In this document: positions 55,794-64,000 of the stretch, piece after piece | How the letters are laid out: every line of letters starts with the position of its first letter | Numbering within the stretch: position 1 is the first letter of the stretch | DNA from: Candidatus Latescibacterota bacterium | Lineage (GTDB): Bacteria; Latescibacterota; UBA2968; UBA8231 | Assembly (NCBI GenBank): GCA_965221775.1 | Contig: CBDCSU010000006.1 | Location: forward strand, 1,312,001 to 1,376,000 | DNA length: 64,000 nucleotides | Direction: 5' to 3' | Notes under the pieces: generated by a model | What the model was told of the DNA's origin: nothing | Seen by the model: only the letters and a program-made list of their open reading frames with translations | Databases searched by the model: none | Translations under genes and position numbers: made by a program

Positions 55794-57697
55794 GCTCCCT
55801 GCGGGCCACGTACAGGGCCCTCTTTCTGGGCGCCCTCGGGTGCCTGCTGGTGGGGGCGGGCTCCCAGTACACGGACATGATGCTCAAGCGCTCCGGCTTC
55901 ACCGGCTGGTACTACACGCCCGGCGCGCTGATCATCCTCTTCACGATCATCCTCGTCTTCAACCCCCTCACCGGCCTCATGCGCCGGCGGTGGATGCTGT
56001 CACCCGCCGAGCTGGCGCAGATGTACGTCATGTGGATCGTCGGCTCGGCGGTGGCCACCTGCGGCATCGTCTCGTACCTGCTGCCCATACTGACGTCCGC
56101 CGTCTACTACGCCAGCCCGGAGAACAACTGGGGCTACGAGTTGCTGCCCCTGATCCCGGACTGGGCGATCCCCACCAAGGAGTTCGGCGAGATCAAGGAC
56201 TTCTACGAGGGCGCCCCCGGGGGAGGCGTGCCCTGGGGGCTGTGGCTGCCGCCCCTGCTCCACTGGCTGCCGCTGGCCCTCTCCCTGCACCTGGCCATGA
56301 TCGCCATCATGGTCATCCTGCGAAGGCAATGGGTCCACCACGAGCGCCTGATCTTCCCCATGACCCAGCTGCCGATCTCCATGATCGACGACGGCGACTC
56401 CCCGGGGCTGATCAAGCCGCTCTTCAAGAGCTGGCTGTTCTGGCTCGGTTTCGCCATCCCCTTCCTCATCCAGTGCTACAACGGCATAAACCGCCACTTC
56501 TGGTTCCTGCCCATCATCCCCATCGGCGGCTACTACCTCCACTTCTTCGAAGACCAGCTGCGCCTGCGCATCGGCATCAACTTCATGATGATCGGCTTCA
56601 CCTACCTGGTGCGGCGCGAGGTCTCCCTCGGCTTCTGGGTCTTCGCCATCCTCAACTTCGCCCAGGAAGCGCTGATGATCACCCTGGGGGTGGAGCGTAT
56701 CGATCCCCTCTTCAGCCCCTGGTCGCGGGGCGGCACCATCGCCTCCCACCAGGGGTTCGGCGCCTTCCTGGTCCTCGCCCTCTTCAGCCTGTGGAACGGC
56801 CGCCGCCACATCCGCAGGGTCTTCGCCCATGCCTTCGGCCGGGGCCCGCGGATGGACGACGGCGACGAGATTCTCTCCTACCGGGGGGCGGTGCTGCTGC
56901 TGTTGGGTTGCCTCGGCTTCATGTGCTTCTGGCTGTGGCAGGCGGGGATGCCGGCGTGGATCACGGTGGTCTTCCTCTTCCTGGCCTTCATCCTCTTCCT
57001 CGGCATCACCCGCATCATCTCCGAGGGAGGACTGCCCTACTTGGTGACGCCCATGGTGGCCTCCGACGTGGTCATCGGGGGGATCGGCACCCGGGCCCTG
57101 GGGCTGACCGGCATCGCCGCCCTCTCCCTAACCTACATGTGGGCCAGCGACATCATCACCTTCGTCATGGTCTCCTGCTCCAACGGGCTCAAGATCGTCG
57201 AGGAGCACGTGAAGAAGGGACGGCGGCTGATCTTCCCCAGCATGGTGGTGGCCCTCGTCGTCTCCATGGGCGGCTCCGCCTGGGTGATGCTGAGCATCGC
57301 CTACGAGCACGGCGGGCTGAACACCTCCCACTACTTCCTCGAGCAGACCCAGTATCCGTGGCAGGACGCGCTGGCGCGGGTGCGCTCCTCGGTGGGGCCG
57401 AAGTGGGAGTACTGGGGCTACATGACCATCGGCGGCAGCATCATGGCCGGACTCATGCTTCTGCGCCAGCAGCTCGTCTGGTGGCCCCTGCACCCCATCG
57501 GTTTCCCCATCAGCCTGGTGATCCACAAGATGTTCTTCACCGTGCTGTTGGCCTGGCTGCTGAAGACGATCATCCTCAACTACGGCGGCCCCCGCCTGTT
57601 CACGCGGATGCGGCCCTTCTTCCTGGGGCTGATCCTCGGCGACTTCCTGCCCCTGGGGGTTCTGCTGCTCCTCGACCAGATCGCCTTACGCCTGTAG
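55790..57697 (+). CDS. DUF6785/DUF6784-type polytopic membrane protein (putative OPT-like transporter)
   Basis: GTGA overlap with the upstream gene. About 16 TM helices; YYASPENNW, FYEG, PW..W..PL, RRQWVHHERLIFP, DE.LSYR, RIISEGG, WWPLHPIGF, YGG.RL...PFFLGLILG. Confidence 0.82.
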   Translation: MSSLRATYRALFLGALGCLLVGAGSQYTDMMLKRSGFTGWYYTPGALIILFTIILVFNPLTGLMRRRWMLSPAELAQMYVMWIVGSAVATCGIVSYLLPILTSAVYYASPENNWGYELLPLIPDWAIPTKEFGEIKDFYEGAPGGGVPWGLWLPPLLHWLPLALSLHLAMIAIMVILRRQWVHHERLIFPMTQLPISMIDDGDSPGLIKPLFKSWLFWLGFAIPFLIQCYNGINRHFWFLPIIPIGGYYLHFFEDQLRLRIGINFMMIGFTYLVRREVSLGFWVFAILNFAQEALMITLGVERIDPLFSPWSRGGTIASHQGFGAFLVLALFSLWNGRRHIRRVFAHAFGRGPRMDDGDEILSYRGAVLLLLGCLGFMCFWLWQAGMPAWITVVFLFLAFILFLGITRIISEGGLPYLVTPMVASDVVIGGIGTRALGLTGIAALSLTYMWASDIITFVMVSCSNGLKIVEEHVKKGRRLIFPSMVVALVVSMGGSAWVMLSIAYEHGGLNTSHYFLEQTQYPWQDALARVRSSVGPKWEYWGYMTIGGSIMAGLMLLRQQLVWWPLHPIGFPISLVIHKMFFTVLLAWLLKTIILNYGGPRLFTRMRPFFLGLILGDFLPLGVLLLLDQIALRL

Positions 57698-57721
57698 GGA
57701 GGCCCGAGCCGGGCGGACACG

Positions 57722-58603
57722 TCAGCTCCCCGGATTCGCCATTCCTTCGGCCTCCCAGCCCTCGGACAAGGCCTTGCACTCGGCGGCGACCTGTTCCGCC
57801 GTCGCCTCCGTGCTCGACGTCATTGCCTCTATCGTCCACGCACCATCGAAGCCGATCGCCGCGAGGGCCTCCCCCACGGCGGACCAGTCGATGACGCCGC
57901 GCCCCGGGACCCAGTGGCAGTCCTCCTGACCATCGACGTCCTGTATGTGCAGGGCGCAGAGCCTCTCCGAGGCGATGCGCGCCTGCTCGGCCGGATCGAG
58001 GCCGCTGATGCAGGCGTGCCCCGTGTCCAGGCAGAGCCCCACGTGCTCGGGGGGAAAGCCGGCGATGAAGGCGCGCAGTTCCGCCATCGACGACAGGGGG
58101 CGGAAGGGGTTCCTCGTCTTGCTCCCCAGGTTCTCCAGGGCCATGCGCACCCCGGTCTCCTCCGCCACCGCGACCAGCTCGCTCACGGAGCGGTGGCTGC
58201 GCTCCATCACCGCCCCCCGGTTCTCCAACGCATACGGTTCCTCATCGGGGGTGGGGTGGCCCGTGGGATGGACGATGGCGGTCCGTCCGCCGACCTCCCC
58301 CAGGTACCGCATCGCATCCGAGATGCGCGCGATGCTGTCGCGCCGGATCTCCTCGATCGAGCTGGCCAGGTTCACGGCCGTCAGCGGTGTGTGGATCGTG
58401 TGCGGGTAGATCCCCGTTCGCTCCAGGGCTTCGCGGCAGGGTCCCGCGTCGTGGGCCCCCGGTTTCTCCCACTCGGCGCCCTCGGCCATCAGTTCCACTT
58501 CGCCGAAGCCGGCGGCGGCGATCGCCTCGAGGGTTGCCGCGAGATCCCTTGGTTCGCCCTCGTCCAGGGAGAAGAGCCCTGCCGTCAAGCTGTACCTGGC
58601 CAT
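57722..58603 (-). CDS. Sugar phosphate isomerase/epimerase (AP endonuclease 2 TIM barrel)
   Basis: GFGEVEL, H, IVHP, GVRMALEN, LCLDTGH, LHIQD, HWVPGRGVIDW, IGFDGAWTIE. Confidence 0.9.
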   Translation of the reverse strand: MARYSLTAGLFSLDEGEPRDLAATLEAIAAAGFGEVELMAEGAEWEKPGAHDAGPCREALERTGIYPHTIHTPLTAVNLASSIEEIRRDSIARISDAMRYLGEVGGRTAIVHPTGHPTPDEEPYALENRGAVMERSHRSVSELVAVAEETGVRMALENLGSKTRNPFRPLSSMAELRAFIAGFPPEHVGLCLDTGHACISGLDPAEQARIASERLCALHIQDVDGQEDCHWVPGRGVIDWSAVGEALAAIGFDGAWTIEAMTSSTEATAEQVAAECKALSEGWEAEGMANPGS

Positions 58604-58622
58604 GATGAACCTCCTTGTCGGG

Positions 58623-60614
58623 TTAGTAGTGATGCGAGAAGACGGGGACCTTGTTGCCGGTGCCCCCGGCGATGAGATCGACGACGAGCCAGAAGGCGGA
58701 GCACGAGATCTGGCCCAGGATGAAGCCCAGGAAGAGGGGGCGCAGCGAGCGGTAGAGGCGGACCCCGCCGTACCTGAGGATGAAGGCCTTGAAGACCGAG
58801 CCCAGGAAGATGCTGAACCAGCTCGCCGAGGTCATGTTGGTGGCGCTCACGGCGAAGCCGATGTAGTGCACGGGCCACCACAGCAGGTGATGGCGGGCCC
58901 AGATGAGGGCGGTCATGACGGCGCCGCCGACGCCGGTGAAGAGCAGCCGCGGCCCCATGACGTCGAAGGGATCCAGCAGGCTCACGGGGTTCAGGATCTT
59001 GTAGGCGGTGAAGTTGGCGGGGCTCTTGGCCATGGCCTGGTAGGCCCACAACTCCAGGTTGATGCCGCCGCGGTCGTAGGCCAGGTAGATGACCAGCCAG
59101 ACCGAGGAGAGCAGGCTCACCAGCATGGCCACCGCCATGGCCCAGAACAGGGGCCGGCGCATGGCGCCGACGCGCTCGGCCAGCTTCATGCCGTTGATCG
59201 CCGAGGCCATGAGCAGGATGCGCAGGTTGCCGGCCCAGCTGAAGGTCATGGCCAGGCTGAAGAGGCCCGAGGCGGTGACGTTGTGGGTGCCGAGGAAGTT
59301 GATGACGATCGTCTGGGCCGTCATCTGGGGCCGGATGAAGCCCAGGCCGCTCTCGGCGATGAGGCGCGCCATGAAGAGGAAGACGCCGAAGGCGACGAGC
59401 AGAAAGACGACGGTCACCCACAGGGGCACCCCCGACAGCGTCAGCCAGACCGTCACGTACAGACTGCAGACGCCCAGGATGGCGGCGGCGGCCCGGTAGG
59501 AGAGCATCTCGCCGCTGTCGTCGATGGCCCCGGGCCCGGAGCGCCAGACCTTGCGGGCCACCTCCCTCAGGTGGCCGCGGGCGGTCCAGATGCCGTAGCC
59601 GATGACGGCGAGCATCGCCCCCATGCCCTGGTGGGCCAGCATGAGCGTCCCCTCCATGAACTTCTCGATCTCCCCCGACAGCCGGTAGCCGATGGTGTAC
59701 TGGATCCCCATCTGCACGTCGGCTAGCAGGTGGAACACCCACAGGCTGGAGGAGAGGGCGAAACTGAGGAAGTAGGAGAGGCCGAGGACGGTGAAGCTCA
59801 GGAGGATCTCCATGGCGCCCCAGTCGCGGAAGGGCACGATGATGGTGTAGAGATCGACCTTGGGAACGACGGGGAAGTAGTAGTTGAGACCGTAGGTGCT
59901 GAGCAGGCAGAAGGGCACCAGGAACCCCACCCACATGAGAGGGCTCTTCAGGAAGGGGCCGAAGCGGTCGCCGGGGCGGCCCTCCTCGATCATCTGCAGG
60001 GGCAGCTGCACGAGGGGGAAGAGGAGGCGCTCGTGCTCCACCCACTGGCGGCGCAGCAGCACCATGAGGGTGATCATCATCAAGTAGATGGCGACGATGA
60101 AGGTGAGCCAGGCGGCCAGGGGCACGCCCCACGCTTCCCAGGGGATGGAGGCGCCCTCGGGCAGGCCCTCGAAGAAGTAGGTGACGGCGTCCTCGTCGTC
60201 GACCAGCATCCAGCTGTGGAGATGGGGATGGACCAGCTCGGCCCACTCGTTCTCGCGGGTGGCGAAGTAGTAGACCGCCGGCAGCATGGGGATCAGGTTG
60301 GCCGAGAAACCCCAGGTGGGGATTGTCGAGGCGATGATGAGCATCACGTAGACGACGGCCAGCTCGCCCCGGGTGAAGGCCCAGGGCCGGTGCACCAGCT
60401 TTAGGAAGGGGTTGAGGAAGGCGGTTAGGAGGAAGAAGACGGCCACCGCGCCGGCGGTGATGTAGTCGGAGTTCATGCCGGCCGTGGACAGGGCCAGCCG
60501 GCAGTAGGCGAAGCCGACGCTGATGATCGGGGAGAGCAGCGCCCCGGCGACGATGCTGCGGGCGAAGCGCAGCCGCGGCTCGCCGACGGCCTGAGGGCCG
60601 CTGGATTCTTCCAT
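58623..60614 (-). CDS. DUF6785/DUF6784-type polytopic membrane protein (second paralog)
   Basis: YYFATRENEW, FFEG, IPW.AW..PL, RRQWVEHERLLFP, EMLSYR, RLIAESG, WWPVHYIGF, YGGVRLY...PLFLGFILG. Confidence 0.82.
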   Translation of the reverse strand: MEESSGPQAVGEPRLRFARSIVAGALLSPIISVGFAYCRLALSTAGMNSDYITAGAVAVFFLLTAFLNPFLKLVHRPWAFTRGELAVVYVMLIIASTIPTWGFSANLIPMLPAVYYFATRENEWAELVHPHLHSWMLVDDEDAVTYFFEGLPEGASIPWEAWGVPLAAWLTFIVAIYLMMITLMVLLRRQWVEHERLLFPLVQLPLQMIEEGRPGDRFGPFLKSPLMWVGFLVPFCLLSTYGLNYYFPVVPKVDLYTIIVPFRDWGAMEILLSFTVLGLSYFLSFALSSSLWVFHLLADVQMGIQYTIGYRLSGEIEKFMEGTLMLAHQGMGAMLAVIGYGIWTARGHLREVARKVWRSGPGAIDDSGEMLSYRAAAAILGVCSLYVTVWLTLSGVPLWVTVVFLLVAFGVFLFMARLIAESGLGFIRPQMTAQTIVINFLGTHNVTASGLFSLAMTFSWAGNLRILLMASAINGMKLAERVGAMRRPLFWAMAVAMLVSLLSSVWLVIYLAYDRGGINLELWAYQAMAKSPANFTAYKILNPVSLLDPFDVMGPRLLFTGVGGAVMTALIWARHHLLWWPVHYIGFAVSATNMTSASWFSIFLGSVFKAFILRYGGVRLYRSLRPLFLGFILGQISCSAFWLVVDLIAGGTGNKVPVFSHHY

Positions 60615-60685
60615 CCCGCAAAGAAAGGGGCTGGTTGTGTACCCTGTCGATATCCCCGTCCTTACCGGGCAGGAAGGAGGAGACT

Positions 60686-61798
60686 ATGACCACGAAGGAC
60701 GCGATCTACCGCGCCGCCCTCATCGGCTGCGGCCGCAAGGGGCACGGCCACGCCCGCGGATACGCGGGCAACCCGCGCACCGAGGTGGTGGCCGCCGCCG
60801 ATCCGGACGCGGACAACTTGGGGATCTTCCTGGAGCACTTCCCGGTGCCGGGATACGCCGACTACCAGGAGCTGCTCGCCAAGGAACAGATCGACATCGC
60901 CGCGCCGATCCTGCCGGTGCGGCCGAACCCCGGAGTCGTCATCGCCTGCGCCGAGGCGGGCGTCAAGGCCGTCTACTGCGAGAAGCCGATGGCCGCGAGC
61001 CTGGAGGAGGCCGACGCCATGGTCGAGGCCTGCGAGTCGCGGGGCATCGCCTTCGCCTCGGGCGACGCCTACCGCAACATGCCCCAGCACTGGAAGGTGA
61101 AGCGCCTCATCGACGCCGGCGGCCTGGGGGAGCTGTGCAGCATCAACCTCTACCAGTCGACCAACGAGATCTCCGGGGGCGGCTGCCAGGGCCTCAGCGT
61201 CCTGCGCCTCTTCGCCGGCGACGCCGACGTGGAGTGGCTCACCGGCTGGTGCCTCGGCGACCCCTTCTCGGACGACGATCAGTGCATGGGCGGGGCGATC
61301 CGCTTCGCCAACGGCGTCGACGCCTTCATCCACACCCGGCGCTCGCCGATGGAGGGGATCGAGGTCGTGTGCAGCGAGGGCGTCTACCACTCCAACTGGA
61401 TGAGCGGCCATCTCTGGCGGGGCGAGGCCCACGGGAAGCTGGTGGAGGAGGAGGACTTCTTCAACGAGTTCGGCGATCCCGAGGACTGGATCACCCCGAG
61501 CGGCACCCGCCAGCGCGGCGGCATCCAGTCGATCGTCGAGTCCCTCGACCAGGGCATCGAGCCGCGCTGCAGCGGCCAGAACATGCGCAAGGTCCTCGAG
61601 ATCTCCATCGGCCTGCGCCAGTCCCACCGCCAGGGCCACGCCCCCGTCCGCTTCCCCATCGAGGACCGGAGCCTGAAGATCGTCCCCAACATGAGCCGCT
61701 ATCTCAACAAGAAGGAGACCTTCGGCGAGGAGCACTACGCCGAGCAGATCAAGTCCGCCGCCGGCCGGCCCATCGGCGGCGCCGAGGCCGGTGGGTGA
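60686..61798 (+). CDS. Gfo/Idh/MocA family oxidoreductase
   Basis: GGAGG RBS; ALIGCGRKG..H, AAADP, YADYQELL, CEKPMA. Confidence 0.93.
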   Translation: MTTKDAIYRAALIGCGRKGHGHARGYAGNPRTEVVAAADPDADNLGIFLEHFPVPGYADYQELLAKEQIDIAAPILPVRPNPGVVIACAEAGVKAVYCEKPMAASLEEADAMVEACESRGIAFASGDAYRNMPQHWKVKRLIDAGGLGELCSINLYQSTNEISGGGCQGLSVLRLFAGDADVEWLTGWCLGDPFSDDDQCMGGAIRFANGVDAFIHTRRSPMEGIEVVCSEGVYHSNWMSGHLWRGEAHGKLVEEEDFFNEFGDPEDWITPSGTRQRGGIQSIVESLDQGIEPRCSGQNMRKVLEISIGLRQSHRQGHAPVRFPIEDRSLKIVPNMSRYLNKKETFGEEHYAEQIKSAAGRPIGGAEAGG

Positions 61799-61802
61799 CC
61801 GG

Positions 61803-62975
61803 ATGACCGCCGACTCCTTCCTCGTATCCCTCTACACCTATCCGTGGGACCTGTCCGACGACGGCCTGGACGTCTCCCTCGACCGCATCGCCGACCTGGC
61901 CGCCTGCGGTGAGGTCCTGCTGACGCCGTGCTACCACCGTTCCGAGTACTACCTGCCCCACAACCCGCGGCGCCCCGTCTACTACGGCGAGAACGGCGCC
62001 GTGTACTTCTCCCCGGACATCTCCCGCTACCAGGGCACGAGCATCTCCCCCCGGGTGAGCCGGGAGGTGACCGACCCCGCCTGGTTCGACCGCATGGTCG
62101 AGGCGATCCGCGGGCGCGGCCTCGGGTTCTCGGCCTGGATGGTCTACACCTTCCAGAACCACCTCTCCGAGCGCTACCCGGAGTTCGCCCGCCACGACGC
62201 CTTCGGGACCCCCCACGTGGGCGCCCTGAGCACGGCCCCGCGGGACGTGAGGGACTACTTCGCGGCCCTCACCGCCGAGGTCCTGGAGCGCTTCCGGCCC
62301 GACGCCGTGTGGGTGGAATCGCTCTGCCGGCGCGGGTTCTCCATGCCCGGCAAGCGGCGGGCCCAGATGCCGGAGCGCTGCCGGTGGCTCCTGTCCCTTT
62401 GCTTCAACCCGGCCTCCATGGCCTGCGCCGACGCCGCCGGCCTGGAGGCCGAGCCCCTGCGGCGGGACCTGGTGGAGTGGATGCGTCCCCGGCTCGCGGC
62501 CGGCGCCGACCCGGACGCGGACGAGCCGGCCACCGCCCACTGGATCGCCGAGGCCTTCGACGGGCGGCTGCAACGCTACATGGAGATCTCTCGCCGGCAG
62601 ACGACGGATCTCTGGCTCGATGTGGTGAAGCTGATCCGCGGCAGCGGCGCCAAGGTCCAGGCCGACCTGGCCAGCCCGGAGCGGGCCCTGACCAACGATC
62701 TCGACCCGGCCGTCAACCGGCAGGTGGACCGTCTCGGCTACACCCTGCGCGAAGGGGAGGATCCCGCCGAGCGAATCCCCGAGTTGGAGGGGATGATCGC
62801 CGAAGGCGGGACCGTGTTCCTGAGCCCCACCGGCGACATGCGGCAGGCGGAGCCGATCCGCGAGCAGCTGGCCGCCGCCCGCGAGGCCGGCGCCGGCGGC
62901 GTCACCTTCTACAACTACGGCCTGCTGACGCTGGAGCAGTTGGGCAACATCGGCCGCGCCGTGCGGTCCACCTAG
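61803..62975 (+). CDS. Putative glycoside-hydrolase-like TIM-barrel protein
   Basis: YTYPWD, YH...PHNP, GAVYF.PD..RY, AW...N, DAFG, W.ES, LCF, FYNYG. Alternative GTG start at 61791. Confidence 0.7.
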   Translation: MTADSFLVSLYTYPWDLSDDGLDVSLDRIADLAACGEVLLTPCYHRSEYYLPHNPRRPVYYGENGAVYFSPDISRYQGTSISPRVSREVTDPAWFDRMVEAIRGRGLGFSAWMVYTFQNHLSERYPEFARHDAFGTPHVGALSTAPRDVRDYFAALTAEVLERFRPDAVWVESLCRRGFSMPGKRRAQMPERCRWLLSLCFNPASMACADAAGLEAEPLRRDLVEWMRPRLAAGADPDADEPATAHWIAEAFDGRLQRYMEISRRQTTDLWLDVVKLIRGSGAKVQADLASPERALTNDLDPAVNRQVDRLGYTLREGEDPAERIPELEGMIAEGGTVFLSPTGDMRQAEPIREQLAAAREAGAGGVTFYNYGLLTLEQLGNIGRAVRST

Positions 62976-63033
62976 GCGCTTCGCCACCGCGCCGGGCTCG
63001 ACTCGACCGGCCCGGTCGCGCGCAGGCTACCTC

Positions 63034-63390
63034 TCACGGTCTCTCGACAGGCCTGAGCAGGGCGTGGATTCCCCGCAGCACCTCGTTGAAGCGGGCGCGG
63101 CCCAACGACCCGATGCGGCCGTCGAGCATCGACCGGTCCACTGTTGCGATCTGGGAGATGTTGACCACGGATCTCTTCGGGAGGCCGGCTTCCCCCATCC
63201 GCAGGGTCACGTTTCCGAAGGCCTGGCCGAGCCGCAGGTTGCCGGTGATCGAGGCAACCACAACGGTGGAGATTCTGCTTGCGTTGAAGGCATTGTTCTG
63301 GATGACGACGCAGGGGCGCCTGAATCCCGGCTCCGAGCCTTTCGGGATCCCGAAATCGACCCAGTGAACCTCTCCCTGGGAGACTACCAT
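63034..63390 (-). CDS. mazF: PemK/MazF family toxin
   Basis: QGEVHWVDF..PKGSEPGFRRPCVVIQNN.FN.SRISTVVV..IT, GNV, GLPKRSVVNISQI.TVDR. Confidence 0.93.
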   Translation of the reverse strand: MVVSQGEVHWVDFGIPKGSEPGFRRPCVVIQNNAFNASRISTVVVASITGNLRLGQAFGNVTLRMGEAGLPKRSVVNISQIATVDRSMLDGRIGSLGRARFNEVLRGIHALLRPVERP

Positions 63391-63632
63391 TCCTCTTCTT
63401 GCGCCAGATCCCGAAAGTGGGACAGGGCCGCACGGCGGAAGGAGATCTCCTCAGGCGTCTCCTCACCTCCGTACACCTGGTCGAGGTTGGCGACGATCGC
63501 CTTGGCATAGCCCTTTTCCATGTAGGCTCTCGCCGCCCTCTGGTGGAATTCACTGCGCGTCATCCTGGTGGCCTGGATGAATGTCTCGATGCTCTCATTC
63601 AGGGCATCGGGAACCGAGATCGCGGTTTTCAC
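63384..63632 (-). CDS. mazE: RHH (CopG-like) antitoxin partner of MazF
   Basis: GTG start after GGGAGG; MKTAISVPD...MTRSE...A...Y...I...LDQVY...EEW. Overlaps the toxin start. Confidence 0.85.
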   Translation of the reverse strand: MKTAISVPDALNESIETFIQATRMTRSEFHQRAARAYMEKGYAKAIVANLDQVYGGEETPEEISFRRAALSHFRDLAQEEEW

Positions 63633-63648
63633 GAGGTTTCCTCCCTTC

Positions 63649-63669
63649 GGTAATACCTCAGGTATAACC
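63649..63669. promoter_or_regulatory. Palindromic operator/promoter of mazEF
   Basis: GGTAATACC-TCA-GGTATAACC inverted repeat 16 bp upstream of the antitoxin start. Confidence 0.7.
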
Positions 63670-63763
63670 GAAGACATGTCGGTCGTCAAGTCCCGGCGCC
63701 CCTCCTTTACGGACGGGGACCCCGATCCTGTGGGGCGGCGGCACGGAGCCGAGGCGCCTGCTC

Positions 63764-64000
63764 TCAGAAGTGCGAATCGCCGAGGTGCCCCTTCACTTCC
63801 AGCTGCAGGGCTGCGGCCAGCCGCTCCGCAAAGACCCGGACTCCCGGCAGCTCGGTATGGTTGTGCGAGTAGACCAGGACGCTGATGCCGCGGTGGGCGG
63901 CATACTCCAGCAGGTACAGGCTGGTTTCCCCCGTCACGTACAGATCGATGTCATGGGGCATGGCGTCCTTGAGGTAACCCGTGTAGACGCCGGCCCCGGT
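63764..64000 (-). CDS. Nif3-like dinuclear metal centre protein (YbgI family), 3' part only
   Basis: TGAG...DLYVTGE......A...GI.V....H.HTE.PGV..FAE.L. Confidence 0.8.
   Translation of the reverse strand, partial: TGAGVYTGYLKDAMPHDIDLYVTGETSLYLLEYAAHRGISVLVYSHNHTELPGVRVFAERLAAALQLEVKGHLGDSHF

Overview
High-GC bacterial chromosomal window with about 50 genes and no rRNA, tRNA or CRISPR array. Its gene content suggests, by inference only, an FCB-group organism such as Candidatus Latescibacterota or a relative, of the kind often recovered from sponges. The indicators are FlgD-Ig-tailed secreted proteins, a 'TAVESKSWGRIK' C-terminal tag, DUF6785/6784-type membrane proteins and NHL repeats. Layout: (1) 1-17.4 kb is metabolic: enolase-family OSBS/NSAR, M20 peptidase, dimethylglycine oxidase, DmdA-like GcvT, an ABC exporter, glyA with a SelA-like PLP enzyme and a DMFase-like gene, and a eukaryote-type xylulokinase. 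(2) 17.4-26.7 kb is an eroding accessory region: dead hicA, Zn-finger HNH nuclease, a degenerate duplicate gene end, DUF3500, a decayed IS3 that truncates a NUDIX gene, and an EVE-like/NucS nuclease. (3) 26.7-35.2 kb holds a fused spermidine synthase, an NHL-repeat protein, a conserved unknown and an amidohydrolase. (4) 35.3-57.7 kb is the main finding, a tightly coupled cell-envelope cluster. It encodes a PpiC-type lipoprotein chaperone, two paralogous ~900-aa putative outer-membrane proteins and three paralogous discoidin-like/FlgD-Ig proteins that all end in '-AY'. It also encodes two GT-C/TPR membrane proteins, a CBM9-like protein with an SWGRIK tag and a DUF6785-type transporter. I cannot match this combination to a characterised secretion or uptake system. 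(5) 57.7-64 kb has sugar-catabolism-type genes, a second DUF6785-type transporter, mazEF and a partial Nif3-family gene. All family calls come from motifs recognised by eye; no searches were run.
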